This document shows, one piece after another, positions 9,789 to 18,351 of a stretch of DNA of 64,000 nt (the stretch's first letter is position 1; each line of letters starts with the position of its first letter). The position numbers and the translations under genes were made by a program. Under the pieces are notes generated by a model, which was not told where the DNA came from, did no database searches, and was given only the letters and a program-made list of their open reading frames with translations. The DNA is from an uncultured bacterium. GTDB taxonomy: Bacteria; Patescibacteriota; Minisyncoccia; Phycocordibacterales; Phycocordibacteraceae. The stretch is taken from the NCBI GenBank assembly GCA_947085985.1, contig CAMTYL010000003.1:234108-298107 (forward strand), read 5' to 3'.

Positions 9789-10856
9789 TTACAGTCCGAG
9801 TGTTTTTGGCACGAGTCGAGCTGGACTTTCCACTGTTTCAATTATGGCGCCCGCATCAAGCACTGGAGCCTCTGTAGCCGCAGGCTTGTCTTGCTGCTCC
9901 CGCTCCTCCCTCGCCTCTTGCTTTGCTTTTAGCAGTGCTCTGATGAAATGGGTACCGTCCTCGGGCGTTGAACTAGCAGTGGTTGAAGCGGAGATTCCTG
10001 CCTTCATGACTGACGCTCCTGAAAGGAGACCGCGCGAAGCTGCCACAGGTCGCTCTTCACCCTTATCACTTATGGCGCGGAGGGCTTCTCCTTCGGCAAT
10101 CACTCGCGCGTCCATGTGCAGTGAGCGCAGATACACTACTTTCTTGGAAACAAGCATCTTAAACGTTTCCTTCTCATCAGTGTCTAGCGGGGCTGCCATT
10201 TTTGCCATCGGCATTGCAGCGAGCGCTGACGCGTCCGCAACTTCAGGTGCAGCCGATGCACTGGTCGCAAGCACATCATCAGCTGGCTCGTGGTCCACGC
10301 GTGCACCAAGTTCCTCCGCCAGTTCGCTACGAATGGCGATGGACGCGCCTGGGTCGGTAGTCTCAAATGCCATAGCAAGTGTCTCAACACGCTCAGTTTC
10401 GGCTATAAAGCGCTTGCTCAGCTCTGATTCTTGCTCAGGCGAAAGTGGGCCGCGTCCCTCAAGTGCCTTTGCCTCTTCAACGCGCTTTACCGCAAGCTTT
10501 GCATGGAAGCGGGCCTTCTCTACTCCGGTTCCTGCAAATACGCTTGCTACTGGCTCTGCGACGCCAACCTTTATTGGATAGAGCATATCCCCAGGGAGCG
10601 CCTTCTCGCTCGCAAACGCGGTAGCGCTCGTCGTAGAAACCACAAACACAATCGCAAAAGCACTCGCCATAAGTGGGCGCGATGTAGAAAAGATGCCGGT
10701 GATGAATGAAATACTATTGAACGGAGCCTTCTCTGTCTGTGGCATTGCGTGTAGGTCTGCGTACGCCAAAAGCTCACTGCGCATTGCAGCTCGTGAGCGA
10801 TCCTCAAGGGTGAGGTTCTTCAATTCTTGAAATAGTTGCTTTTCAGTTAGTTTCAT
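9789..10856 (-). CDS. putative anti-sigma factor / membrane protein (4-bp overlap with the sigma factor gene)
   Basis: Start overlaps the stop of the upstream ECF sigma gene (ATGA). Single TM FITGIFSTSRPLMASAFAIVFVV, then an Ala/Glu-rich extracytoplasmic region. Confidence 0.4.
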   Translation of the reverse strand: MKLTEKQLFQELKNLTLEDRSRAAMRSELLAYADLHAMPQTEKAPFNSISFITGIFSTSRPLMASAFAIVFVVSTTSATAFASEKALPGDMLYPIKVGVAEPVASVFAGTGVEKARFHAKLAVKRVEEAKALEGRGPLSPEQESELSKRFIAETERVETLAMAFETTDPGASIAIRSELAEELGARVDHEPADDVLATSASAAPEVADASALAAMPMAKMAAPLDTDEKETFKMLVSKKVVYLRSLHMDARVIAEGEALRAISDKGEERPVAASRGLLSGASVMKAGISASTTASSTPEDGTHFIRALLKAKQEAREEREQQDKPAATEAPVLDAGAIIETVESPARLVPKTLGL

Positions 10857-11353
10857 ACGTGTAGTTGTTCGCGGACCTTTTTCAATGCGCGATTGATGCG
10901 CACCGATACCGCATTTGCGCTCTCTCCACGAAGCGCCGCAATCTCGGCAGGAGAGAATCCTTCCACAAAACGGAGCACCATAGCCTCACGCGAGGGTTCG
11001 TCCAGGGTATATATCACGCGTAGTACTTCTTCATTCATCGCATGATGCAGAATAGGCACTTCGTTAGAACCTTCTATTTCCACGCCTTCGTCAGTTATAG
11101 CATCAAGCGATGTTTCTTTTTTCTTTCTATACCAGTCAATGACAAGATTACGCGCGATAGCATACAAAAGTGCCCTATCGTTTCGCAACACGGTACCCTC
11201 TCGCAAGGCTTGCCAGAAACGGACAAAAACGTCCTGAGTGATATCTTCCGCCTTCTCTTTGTTACTTACCTTCATGAGAACAAAGCGATAGATAGCGTCA
11301 GCGTACGTCTCGTACGATAGGAGAAAATAGTCTTTAGCTTCGTCCTGGTCCAT
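10853..11353 (-). CDS. RNA polymerase sigma factor, ECF (sigma-70 regions 2 and 4)
   Basis: DITQDVFVRFWQ (region 2.x), YAIARNLVIDWYRKKK (region 2.4/3). C-terminal region 4 HTH AEIAALRGESANAVSVRINRALKKVRE. Confidence 0.8.
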   Translation of the reverse strand: MDQDEAKDYFLLSYETYADAIYRFVLMKVSNKEKAEDITQDVFVRFWQALREGTVLRNDRALLYAIARNLVIDWYRKKKETSLDAITDEGVEIEGSNEVPILHHAMNEEVLRVIYTLDEPSREAMVLRFVEGFSPAEIAALRGESANAVSVRINRALKKVREQLHV

Positions 11354-11511
11354 AGAATATGACGTATTCCAGCCAGCATTCTGTCGCTACAGAATCTGGT
11401 GATGGAACACTAAGTCCCCTCTATGGTGCCACAATACTGTGCGTAGGGCTATGGGTACTATAGAACAAGCGCCCCTGTAGGGGCGCTTGTTACAAAAAAC
11501 GGAGCGAGATG

Positions 11512-11988
11512 CTAGCGAGACTTCTTTGCTACTTTCGTAGCCTTTTTGACTGCCTTTACAATTGCCTTCTTGGCGGCCTTTGGGTTGGTAGCTGTCTTTA
11601 CCGCTTTCTTCACGTCAGTTGACGGCTCCAGCTCCTTTTTCATCTTTGTCCAGTTCTTCTTGAGCTCTTCAACAGCTGCGTCCACGTCTTTCTTAGACAC
11701 ACCCTCCATCTGGCGGTATGCCGCTGATGCCTTCTCCACTGCAGCAGCCACGCTCTTGGCGTCTAGCTTCTGAAGCTTCTTCACCTGCTTGAGGGTGTCG
11801 CGCTTTAGGCCCTTTGCCCACTTGCTTGCAGACTCGCGGTGCGCTGCTGCGTTCTTGGTACCGTAGAAGTAGTACCCTGCTGCGCCAGCTGCTGCGACTG
11901 CTGCAAGTACTCCTGCACCAATCTCAACTGCGTCCATAGCACTCATTCCCTTCTTGCTTGCTGCTTTCTTTACAACTTTCTTAGCCAT
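11512..11988 (-). CDS. Lys/Ala-rich basic protein (histone-H1-like / nucleoid-associated?); alternative upstream start at 12045
   Basis: MAKKVVKKAASKK...KAVKKATKVAKKSR. Extreme K/A content with one internal hydrophobic stretch. A start at 12045 would overlap the upstream gene by 38 bp. Confidence 0.4.
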   Translation of the reverse strand: MAKKVVKKAASKKGMSAMDAVEIGAGVLAAVAAAGAAGYYFYGTKNAAAHRESASKWAKGLKRDTLKQVKKLQKLDAKSVAAAVEKASAAYRQMEGVSKKDVDAAVEELKKNWTKMKKELEPSTDVKKAVKTATNPKAAKKAIVKAVKKATKVAKKSR

Positions 11989-12007
11989 ACCGTATGTACT
12001 TAAATTA

Positions 12008-12283
12008 TTAGGACCGCTTTGCGCGGGGCTTGCGCTTGGTAACACCGCTCAGAAACCCGAATAGATGACCGATACGAAGACCGCCCTCTGTCACGCTTTC
12101 GCGCACATTCTGAATGTCTTCGCGCAGCTGCTCACCTTCTTCTTTCACCAGCGTTGCAACTTCGTCAATCTTTCTTAGTACCCCGAGCACGCGGATGAGG
12201 ACTAATGTCAAAAGGATAGTTAGTACAACTACCGCGACAGTCGTCACGACAAAGAAGACATCCATTTTGAGAAAATCGCTCAT
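12008..12283 (-). CDS. DUF948-like small membrane protein
   Basis: N-terminal TM VFFVVTTVAVVVLTILLTLVLI followed by a coiled-coil segment. Architecture of DUF948. Confidence 0.4.
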   Translation of the reverse strand: MSDFLKMDVFFVVTTVAVVVLTILLTLVLIRVLGVLRKIDEVATLVKEEGEQLREDIQNVRESVTEGGLRIGHLFGFLSGVTKRKPRAKRS

Positions 12284-12343
12284 CTGTACCTACATGGTAG
12301 CCTCTCCGTTGCCAAGTGCAAGCTCTTCTGTGTATACCGAGCC

Positions 12344-12574
12344 CTAATCCATTACCTGAACGAAGCGTGGGCCAGAGTAGCCAATCTCGGGCTTGAACAC
12401 TTCCTCCATAAACATCGGAAGTGGGCGGGCGAACATCTCCGCCTTCGCGCCGCCGTAGAGTGGCTTATACACCACGAGCGATTCTTCGGTCTCGGTGTGC
12501 ATGGCGGTGCCGAGCACTTCGTACAATTTTGTGTCATCTTTAAAGTGGTGGTAGATGCCGGGTTCTGGTTGCAT
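12344..12574 (-). CDS. DUF1653 domain protein
   Basis: GIYHHFKDDTKLYEVLGTAMHTETEESLVVYKPLYG...ARPLPMF matches DUF1653 signature (G-Y-HYKG..Y.V...A.H.ET.E..VVY..LY). Confidence 0.6.
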   Translation of the reverse strand: MQPEPGIYHHFKDDTKLYEVLGTAMHTETEESLVVYKPLYGGAKAEMFARPLPMFMEEVFKPEIGYSGPRFVQVMD

Positions 12575-12748
12575 ACAGGCAGTGATTGAAAGCGAAGTAA
12601 TAATGCTCCTGTGCTAGGCGCGCACTGCCCGGAAAAGGAAGCGTATGCAGTATACGATGACTGCAGTCGGGCTGTGCTACAACAACGCACAGGGATAGTA
12701 GTACGAGCGATATGTACTTTTTGTTAAAGATGTGTTATACTTATATTA

Positions 12749-13657
12749 ATGTCATCATCTCGCCGAAAGCCTGGATTCACCCTTAAAAGGGCGCCCGTAG
12801 CCGCTAAAAAGCCTGCAGCGTCCTCGCGCAGGGGTGCTACTAAGACAGCACCTGAACCAAAGCCGAAAGCTCCTCGTGGTCGCGCGTCTTTTTCTACGAC
12901 GCCAAGCTTCGTAAAGCAGCGTGGCCCGTCCCCTATGCCAAAGGGAGAGCTCTACCCTATGCGTATTAATAAGTACCTGGCACTCAAGGGGCACTCTACG
13001 CGCCGCGAAGCAGACACACTGATTACTCGCAAGGCAGTCCTTATCAACGGACGTGTCGCCCAAGTGGGAGACAAGGTACTTGAAACCGATGCAGTGGAGG
13101 TGCGCCGCAACAGTCGCCCAAAGCAGTACGCGTACTTTGCCTTCAACAAGCCAGCGGGCGTAGACACCCACCGAGAAGACACCGGCGCAGAGAACATTTT
13201 TGATTCGCTTCCTGCTGAACTGAAGCAGTTGAAGCTCTTTCCTATTGGCCGCTTGGACAAGGCGTCACACGGTCTCATTATTTTGACGAACGATGGACGC
13301 ATTACCGACCGCCTCTTGAATCCCGACTACGCGCACGAGAAGGTCTACGAAGTGCGTACCAAGCAACCGATACGTGCAACGTTTAAGGATCACATGGAGA
13401 AGGGGGTGCTTATTGAGGGCTATATGACCCGACCTGCTAAAGTAAACCTACTTGGCGAGAAGGCGTTCCGCATCACTCTTACTGAAGGCAAGAGTCACCA
13501 GATTCGCCGCATGGTGGTGGCGCTTCACAACGAAGTGTCCGACCTGCGCCGTATGAGCATCATGAATATTAAAATTGGCGCGCTAAAGGGAGGAAGCTAC
13601 CGCGCAATTGAAGGCGACGAACTTGCTGCATTTCTTTCCGCCCTGGGCTTAGCCTAA
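12749..13657 (+). CDS. RluB/RsuA-family rRNA pseudouridine synthase with basic N-terminal extension
   Basis: S4 domain MRINKYLALKGHSTRREADTLITRKAVLINGRV. Catalytic motif PIGRLDKASHGLIILTNDG (Asp of PseudoU_synth_2). Confidence 0.8.
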   Translation: MSSSRRKPGFTLKRAPVAAKKPAASSRRGATKTAPEPKPKAPRGRASFSTTPSFVKQRGPSPMPKGELYPMRINKYLALKGHSTRREADTLITRKAVLINGRVAQVGDKVLETDAVEVRRNSRPKQYAYFAFNKPAGVDTHREDTGAENIFDSLPAELKQLKLFPIGRLDKASHGLIILTNDGRITDRLLNPDYAHEKVYEVRTKQPIRATFKDHMEKGVLIEGYMTRPAKVNLLGEKAFRITLTEGKSHQIRRMVVALHNEVSDLRRMSIMNIKIGALKGGSYRAIEGDELAAFLSALGLA

Positions 13658-13677
13658 TACAAGGTTCAACCTTGTAT
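13657..13677. repeat. 21-bp perfect palindrome ATACAAGGTTCAACCTTGTAT (copy 1 of 3 in window)
   Basis: Self-complementary except for the central base. Overlaps the stop codon of the pseudouridine synthase gene. Confidence 0.85.
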
Positions 13678-13727
13678 GTATTCACGTTGTATTTTAAGAG
13701 TTGCACGGCTTCATTTATACAGAGCTT

Positions 13728-13746
13728 TACAAGGTTGAACCTTGTA
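13728..13746. repeat. 19-bp palindrome TACAAGGTTGAACCTTGTA (copy 2, reverse-complement form of copy 1)
   Basis: Identical arms to copy 1, 51 bp away, between convergent genes. Confidence 0.85.
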
Positions 13747-13783
13747 TTGGGAGGCTTGGGATAACGTAGAATGGGCCGGCACC

Positions 13784-14488
13784 CTAGGGTGCCGGCCCAT
13801 CTTCATTTTCCCGCGCCTGCTTCCCAACTCGCGCGAGGGCTTCGCGACGAACGTGCTTGGGAAGGTACGTAAGCGAGAGCTTTATGTACATCTTTGAAAG
13901 GTACACGACCACCGAGCCCAGAGTGAACTGAATCTCACCTGCAATCTCTTTGTTCGTTCTTCCTTCCCCTGCCAGCGCAAGCAGTCTGGATTCATTGACC
14001 GATAGCCTGACTAACAAGTCCAGATGATTGCTCGGGTTGAAGTCGGCTAAGTCGTCTCCCTCCTCTGCCGCCGACGCACCCTTTTTCTTTGACTGGTAGG
14101 GACTTCTGGCGCCCCTGGGACTTTCAACCCTTACCTGCCTTTGGAGTACCGCAAGCGAGGCAAGATGTGGCAGCGATTGACCTTGCTCCATGCGAGTAAG
14201 TCGCGCCGCGTCTACGGGCGAATTGTCCGAGTGCTCGGCGCACGTACCCTGGTCAAAATCGGTCACCAGGTTCTTTTTGTCGGAGGTGAGTGCGCACACT
14301 TTACACACTCGTCGTGGCGACCGACAGCCGATTGCGCAGCACCCTTGAGCGTTGCGTAATGGGATGCGGGTCTGCCTGTCGCAGACAGCAGCACTTACTC
14401 CTTGGGGGTTCCAAGCACAGGGCTTGTGTAGAATGACGGTCGGTTTTGAGAGCGAGGTCTCTAGACCTGGCTCAGGATTTCTTGCCAT
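13784..14488 (-). CDS. LuxR/GerE-family HTH transcriptional regulator with Cys-rich N-terminal domain (start uncertain; longest ORF to 14554)
   Basis: C-terminal LSVNESRLLALAGEGRTNKEIAGEIQFTLGSVVVYLSKMYIKL (LuxR HTH). N-terminal cluster CAWNP...CDRQ...CCAIGC...CKVC...CAEH suggests metal binding. Confidence 0.55.
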   Translation of the reverse strand: MARNPEPGLETSLSKPTVILHKPCAWNPQGVSAAVCDRQTRIPLRNAQGCCAIGCRSPRRVCKVCALTSDKKNLVTDFDQGTCAEHSDNSPVDAARLTRMEQGQSLPHLASLAVLQRQVRVESPRGARSPYQSKKKGASAAEEGDDLADFNPSNHLDLLVRLSVNESRLLALAGEGRTNKEIAGEIQFTLGSVVVYLSKMYIKLSLTYLPKHVRREALARVGKQARENEDGPAP

Positions 14489-14584
14489 GAAGGACCTCTC
14501 TGGTTTCTGTTGTATCCGCTGTGAGTATACGCAGGAACCCTGGACTGTCCACAAATATGCCTGTCCCCCGCCATTCTTTGACAG

Positions 14585-14600
14585 GTGAACCCTAGTTCAC
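14585..14600. promoter_or_regulatory. putative LexA (SOS) box GTGAACcctaGTTCAC in the divergent lexA / LuxR-like promoter region
   Basis: Matches GAAC-N4-GTTC (Cheo-box type, CGAACRNRYGTTYC). Located 14 bp upstream of the lexA start. Confidence 0.55.
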
Positions 14601-14613
14601 TTACTATGGGGGT

Positions 14614-15183
14614 ATGGATTACCACACACGGAGGCGCGCGGTTATTGGATTTTGGCAACAGCATCGCCGCATGCCTGGCTACCAAGAGTTTATGAAATTG
14701 CTCGGCGTGAAGAGCAAGAACTCGGTATATAAGTTTGTAGAGAAACTCGTTGATGAGGGTGTTTTGGAAAAAGATTTGCAGGGCAGACTCACCCCCGGGC
14801 GCGAACTGCGCGGCGTACCACTCCTTGGCGTTGTTGAAGCTGGCTTCCCCACTCCTGCAGAGGAAGAGATGCTCGATGTGATGGATTTTGACGAATACCT
14901 GACACCCAACAAGGAATCTAGCTATGTACTCAAAGTGAAGGGTGACTCCATGATAGAAGCTGGTATTCACCCGGGCGACCTGGTCATTGTAGAGCGAAAA
15001 CCCACCTATAAAGTGGGGCAAATTGTGATTGCATCTATTGAAGGCGAATACACCATGAAGTACTTGCGCAAGAAGAACGAGCACTACTATCTGGAACCCG
15101 CTAACAGCGCGTACAAGCCTATCTATCCGAAAGGCAATCTCAACATTGAAGCTGTTGTGACCTCCGTCGTTCGTAAGTACTAG
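14614..15183 (+). CDS. lexA: LexA repressor (S24 peptidase)
   Basis: N-terminal wHTH. Cleavage-site region VEAGFP. Catalytic GDSM...K (VKGDSMIEAGIHPGDLVIVERK..., KYLRKKN). Confidence 0.85.
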   Translation: MDYHTRRRAVIGFWQQHRRMPGYQEFMKLLGVKSKNSVYKFVEKLVDEGVLEKDLQGRLTPGRELRGVPLLGVVEAGFPTPAEEEMLDVMDFDEYLTPNKESSYVLKVKGDSMIEAGIHPGDLVIVERKPTYKVGQIVIASIEGEYTMKYLRKKNEHYYLEPANSAYKPIYPKGNLNIEAVVTSVVRKY

Positions 15184-15294
15184 AGGAACATCCATATATG
15201 GCACGCTGCTTTGTTGTGGGTTCCGATACTCGTTCACCGTATACTCGATACGCCTCACTCCGTTTCTCACCCACGCCTCGCATCGTACTCATAT

Positions 15295-16572
15295 ATGAAT
15301 ATTCCTAAGCCGCCACAATCTTTGATACTCCATGTGGACGGAGATGCCTTCTTCGCCATGTGTGAAGTGTCGCGGCGTCCTGATCTGCGCGGCAAGCCCG
15401 TGGTAGTCGGACGTGAACGTGGCATTGTCACTGCTGCTACCTACGAAGCGAAAGCACTTGGGATTAGTCGAGCCACACCGATATTTGAAGTGCGCAGTCG
15501 CTTTCCACAGGTGACTATCCTCCCTTCCGATTTTGAGCTCTACGCGCAGGTGAGTAAACGCATGTATGCGATTGTGCGGCGTTACGCACCACTCGTAGAG
15601 GAGTATGGGACCGATGAATGTTTCGCTGATCTTTCGCTACTCACTAACCCCATTGAGGACGCGCGACGTATTAAAGAGGAACTTCAGAGTGAGCTCAACA
15701 TCACCTTCTCACTTGGTATTGGTCAAACCAAAGTATTAGCGAAGCTCGGCTCAAAACACCAGAAGCCCGACGGCTTTTTTGTCGTAACCAAGGACAATCG
15801 CACAGAATGCCTTTCGCAGACACTCGTATCCAACATATGGGGACTTGGACCAAAAACATCAGCAAAACTAGCCGGTATGGGAATACTGAACAGTCTTCAG
15901 TTTGCGCAGCTACCGCGCGAGCGCGTGCATGAGTTATTCAACGCACCCATTGTAGACCTGTGGGATGAATTGAATGGAGAGAGCGTTCTTGCAGTAGACT
16001 TTGTAAACGCAAACGACCAAAAATCTATCCAGAGGACGCGAAGTTTTAACCCACCCACTACCGACCCACGCATTCTTTTCTCGGAACTTTCCCAACATGT
16101 TGAGAACGGTTGTCGCAAGGCGCGCCGTCTTGGCACCGTTGCCACGCACGCATCTTTCTTCCTTAAGACGCAGGCATTCCGTTTCCATACTGGCGAAGTA
16201 AAACTACTGGCTCCCACCAACAACCCAAGCGACATTCTTCCTCTTCTTCGCACCGAGTTTCTCCGTGTATATAAATCAAACACGCTCTACCGCACCACCG
16301 GGATTACCCTCTCGGGCCTGAGGGAGCCTGCGAGCCTCCAGCAGAACCTTTTTGAGAGTATACATACCCACGAGCACAGTAAAGTACTTATGCAGACGCT
16401 AGACCGTCTGGAACATAAGTTTGGCGAACACACCGTATTCTTTGGGACGAGCGCTCGCTCAATCACTGCTGACGCTCTACGCCCAGCTCCTTCGCGTATG
16501 CACGAGGATTCTCTCATCTACACCAGTGAAGGCGCGAAGCGCTTTCCTATTCCCTTTATGGGTTCTGTGTAG
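15295..16572 (+). CDS. dinB: DNA polymerase IV (Y-family, DinB)
   Basis: ILHVDGDAFFAMCE...KPVVV...GIVTAATYEAKALGI...YGTDECFADLS are canonical Y-family motifs. Longest ORF from 15211; ATG at 15295 gives a typical N-terminus. Confidence 0.85.
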   Translation: MNIPKPPQSLILHVDGDAFFAMCEVSRRPDLRGKPVVVGRERGIVTAATYEAKALGISRATPIFEVRSRFPQVTILPSDFELYAQVSKRMYAIVRRYAPLVEEYGTDECFADLSLLTNPIEDARRIKEELQSELNITFSLGIGQTKVLAKLGSKHQKPDGFFVVTKDNRTECLSQTLVSNIWGLGPKTSAKLAGMGILNSLQFAQLPRERVHELFNAPIVDLWDELNGESVLAVDFVNANDQKSIQRTRSFNPPTTDPRILFSELSQHVENGCRKARRLGTVATHASFFLKTQAFRFHTGEVKLLAPTNNPSDILPLLRTEFLRVYKSNTLYRTTGITLSGLREPASLQQNLFESIHTHEHSKVLMQTLDRLEHKFGEHTVFFGTSARSITADALRPAPSRMHEDSLIYTSEGAKRFPIPFMGSV

Positions 16573-16816
16573 CCTTAAGTGCCAGCTTCTCGTCTCGAGA
16601 CAGCTGCTTCATCTCGTACTCGCGCCTTGATGCGGAACTTCTATCCGTATGCTCCTCGCTATATACCAGCACAACTGGTCGCTTCGCCCGCGTGTAGCGC
16701 GCCCCTTTGTCGGACTCGTTGTGCTCTTTGATTCTCCTGTCTACATCAGTGGTAATGCCGCTATAGAGGGTTCCGTCTGCGCACTCCACCATGTAGACGT
16801 GCCAGGTACTCGCCAT
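16556..16816 (-). CDS. GIY-YIG nuclease family protein (UPF0213-like)
   Basis: WHVYMVECADGTLYSGITTDVDRRIKEHN is a GIY-YIG motif. 86 aa. Confidence 0.8.
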   Translation of the reverse strand: MASTWHVYMVECADGTLYSGITTDVDRRIKEHNESDKGARYTRAKRPVVLVYSEEHTDRSSASRREYEMKQLSRDEKLALKATQNP

Positions 16817-16819
16817 GCG

Positions 16820-18310
16820 CTATTTCTTACCGAGATCGAGAACATTATCAATGCGAATCTGCTCTACAAATTCCGGAACGTGCGACACAAGAATCATTGC
16901 GCCCTCATACTGGTCAAGCGCTTTTGCAATGACTGGAAGGTGACGGAAATTAATGTGGTTGGTCGGCTCGTCCAAAATGAGAAGCCCTGGACGCATAAGC
17001 ACGAGGCGTGCAAAGGCAACGAGACCCTTCTGTCCCTCGGACAAGGAGCCAATCTTCTTATTCATGTGTTCTGCCGTGATGATGAAGCTTGCTGCAACTT
17101 TGCGCATCTGCTCCTCGTCCTGCTTGTCCATGATGGCGAGCAGCTCCTCGCGTACTGTGCGTTCAAAATCAAGCGTAGAGAAGTCTTGGCGGTAATAGCC
17201 AACACGCACACCCTTTGCAATCTCTGCACCATCTGCTTTGCCCGAAGCAAGACGTTCAAGTAGGGTGGTCTTTCCAATACCATTCGGCCCCTTTAATTGC
17301 AGGTGCTGTTTCTTCTTAAGCACAATGTCTGCTTTGTGCGTCACGGGCACATGCTTCTTTGGGTCAATCGTAGTGTAGGAAGTAATGGTGAGAAGCTCAC
17401 CGACAATCTCGGGCTGCGCAGGAATAACGAATGGACGAATGGTGCGGTCCTCCTTGCGTACATCCACCTTGTTCTCCTCCATCTCTTCAATTGCGGTGCG
17501 CATCTTCTTGGCTACCACGCGCATCTTTCCTCCCTTTTGTGCAAAGAAGTTTGCCTTGTCCTTGTTGTCTTGAATTTGCTTTTCAAGCTGTGCGTTCTTG
17601 CGATTCTCGCGTTCAATACGCGCTGAAATTTCCTTCAAGAGGTCGTAGTAGTTTCCTACGTACTGTTCAATCTTTCGGGTATGGACGTCTAGGTACAACA
17701 CGCCTTCAGTGAAGGAGTTTAGGAACTCCGCATCGTGGGAAATAACCATCACGCTCTTCTCGTACTTCTTAAGGAAGGCGGTAAGGTGCTCAATACCTGC
17801 AGTGTCTAGATTGTTGGTAGGCTCATCAAGTAGGAGCAAGTCGGGATCCTGAATGAGTGCAGAAGCAAGAAGCAAGCGTGCTTGCTGTCCACCAGAGAAG
17901 CTCTTAATAATGCGGTCGTGCGGAGCGTGCAGGTTTACCACTTCAAGTGCAGCATCAATCTTTGGGTCAATATCGTAGACCTTCTCTGTAAAGCGCTTCT
18001 CAAAAAATGCACGCACGGTAAGCTCGCGCTCGTCTGGCGCAATTACCTGGGCCGCGATGGCAACGGTTGTTCCGCGAGGAATAAGTACGCGTCCGTCCTC
18101 TGGCTTTCGCGCTCCGGTGATAAGACTGAAGAGCGTGGACTTGCCTGCGCCGTTCTGTCCCATCAAAGTCACCTTCATACCGCGACGAAGTGAGAAGTTT
18201 ACCGTATCTAGGATAGGGTGATTGTGACCGTATCCAAATGATACGTCTTCAAATTTGACCAGGACCTCGCGTGAAGGTCCTCCTTGTTCTGTATTGTTTT
18301 TTCCAGCCAC
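16820..18310 (-). CDS. ABC-F family ATPase (two tandem ABC domains; EttA/Uup-like)
   Basis: Two Walker A sites (GQNGAGKST, GPNGIGKTT), two signature LSGGQ-like motifs (FSGGQQARL, LSEGQKGLV), no TM domain. Confidence 0.8.
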   Translation of the reverse strand: MAGKNNTEQGGPSREVLVKFEDVSFGYGHNHPILDTVNFSLRRGMKVTLMGQNGAGKSTLFSLITGARKPEDGRVLIPRGTTVAIAAQVIAPDERELTVRAFFEKRFTEKVYDIDPKIDAALEVVNLHAPHDRIIKSFSGGQQARLLLASALIQDPDLLLLDEPTNNLDTAGIEHLTAFLKKYEKSVMVISHDAEFLNSFTEGVLYLDVHTRKIEQYVGNYYDLLKEISARIERENRKNAQLEKQIQDNKDKANFFAQKGGKMRVVAKKMRTAIEEMEENKVDVRKEDRTIRPFVIPAQPEIVGELLTITSYTTIDPKKHVPVTHKADIVLKKKQHLQLKGPNGIGKTTLLERLASGKADGAEIAKGVRVGYYRQDFSTLDFERTVREELLAIMDKQDEEQMRKVAASFIITAEHMNKKIGSLSEGQKGLVAFARLVLMRPGLLILDEPTNHINFRHLPVIAKALDQYEGAMILVSHVPEFVEQIRIDNVLDLGKK

Positions 18311-18351
18311 GTTTTTACTACTCTACCACATTTTCAGCAGATTGGTAAGTA

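Noticed and set aside
11465-11492. 12-bp-stem hairpin AACAAGCGCCCC-tgta-GGGGCGCTTGTT between the sigma factor gene and the K-rich gene
   Set aside because: The U-tract lies on the wrong side for termination of the minus-strand gene, and the A-tract follows it on the plus strand. Not a convincing intrinsic terminator in either orientation; kept only as a note.
15184-15294. Searched the lexA-dinB spacer for a second LexA box
   Set aside because: Only a direct GTTC-N8-GTTC (wrong spacing for alphaproteobacterial GTTC-N7-GTTC) and no GAAC-N4-GTTC. dinB is more likely co-transcribed with lexA.
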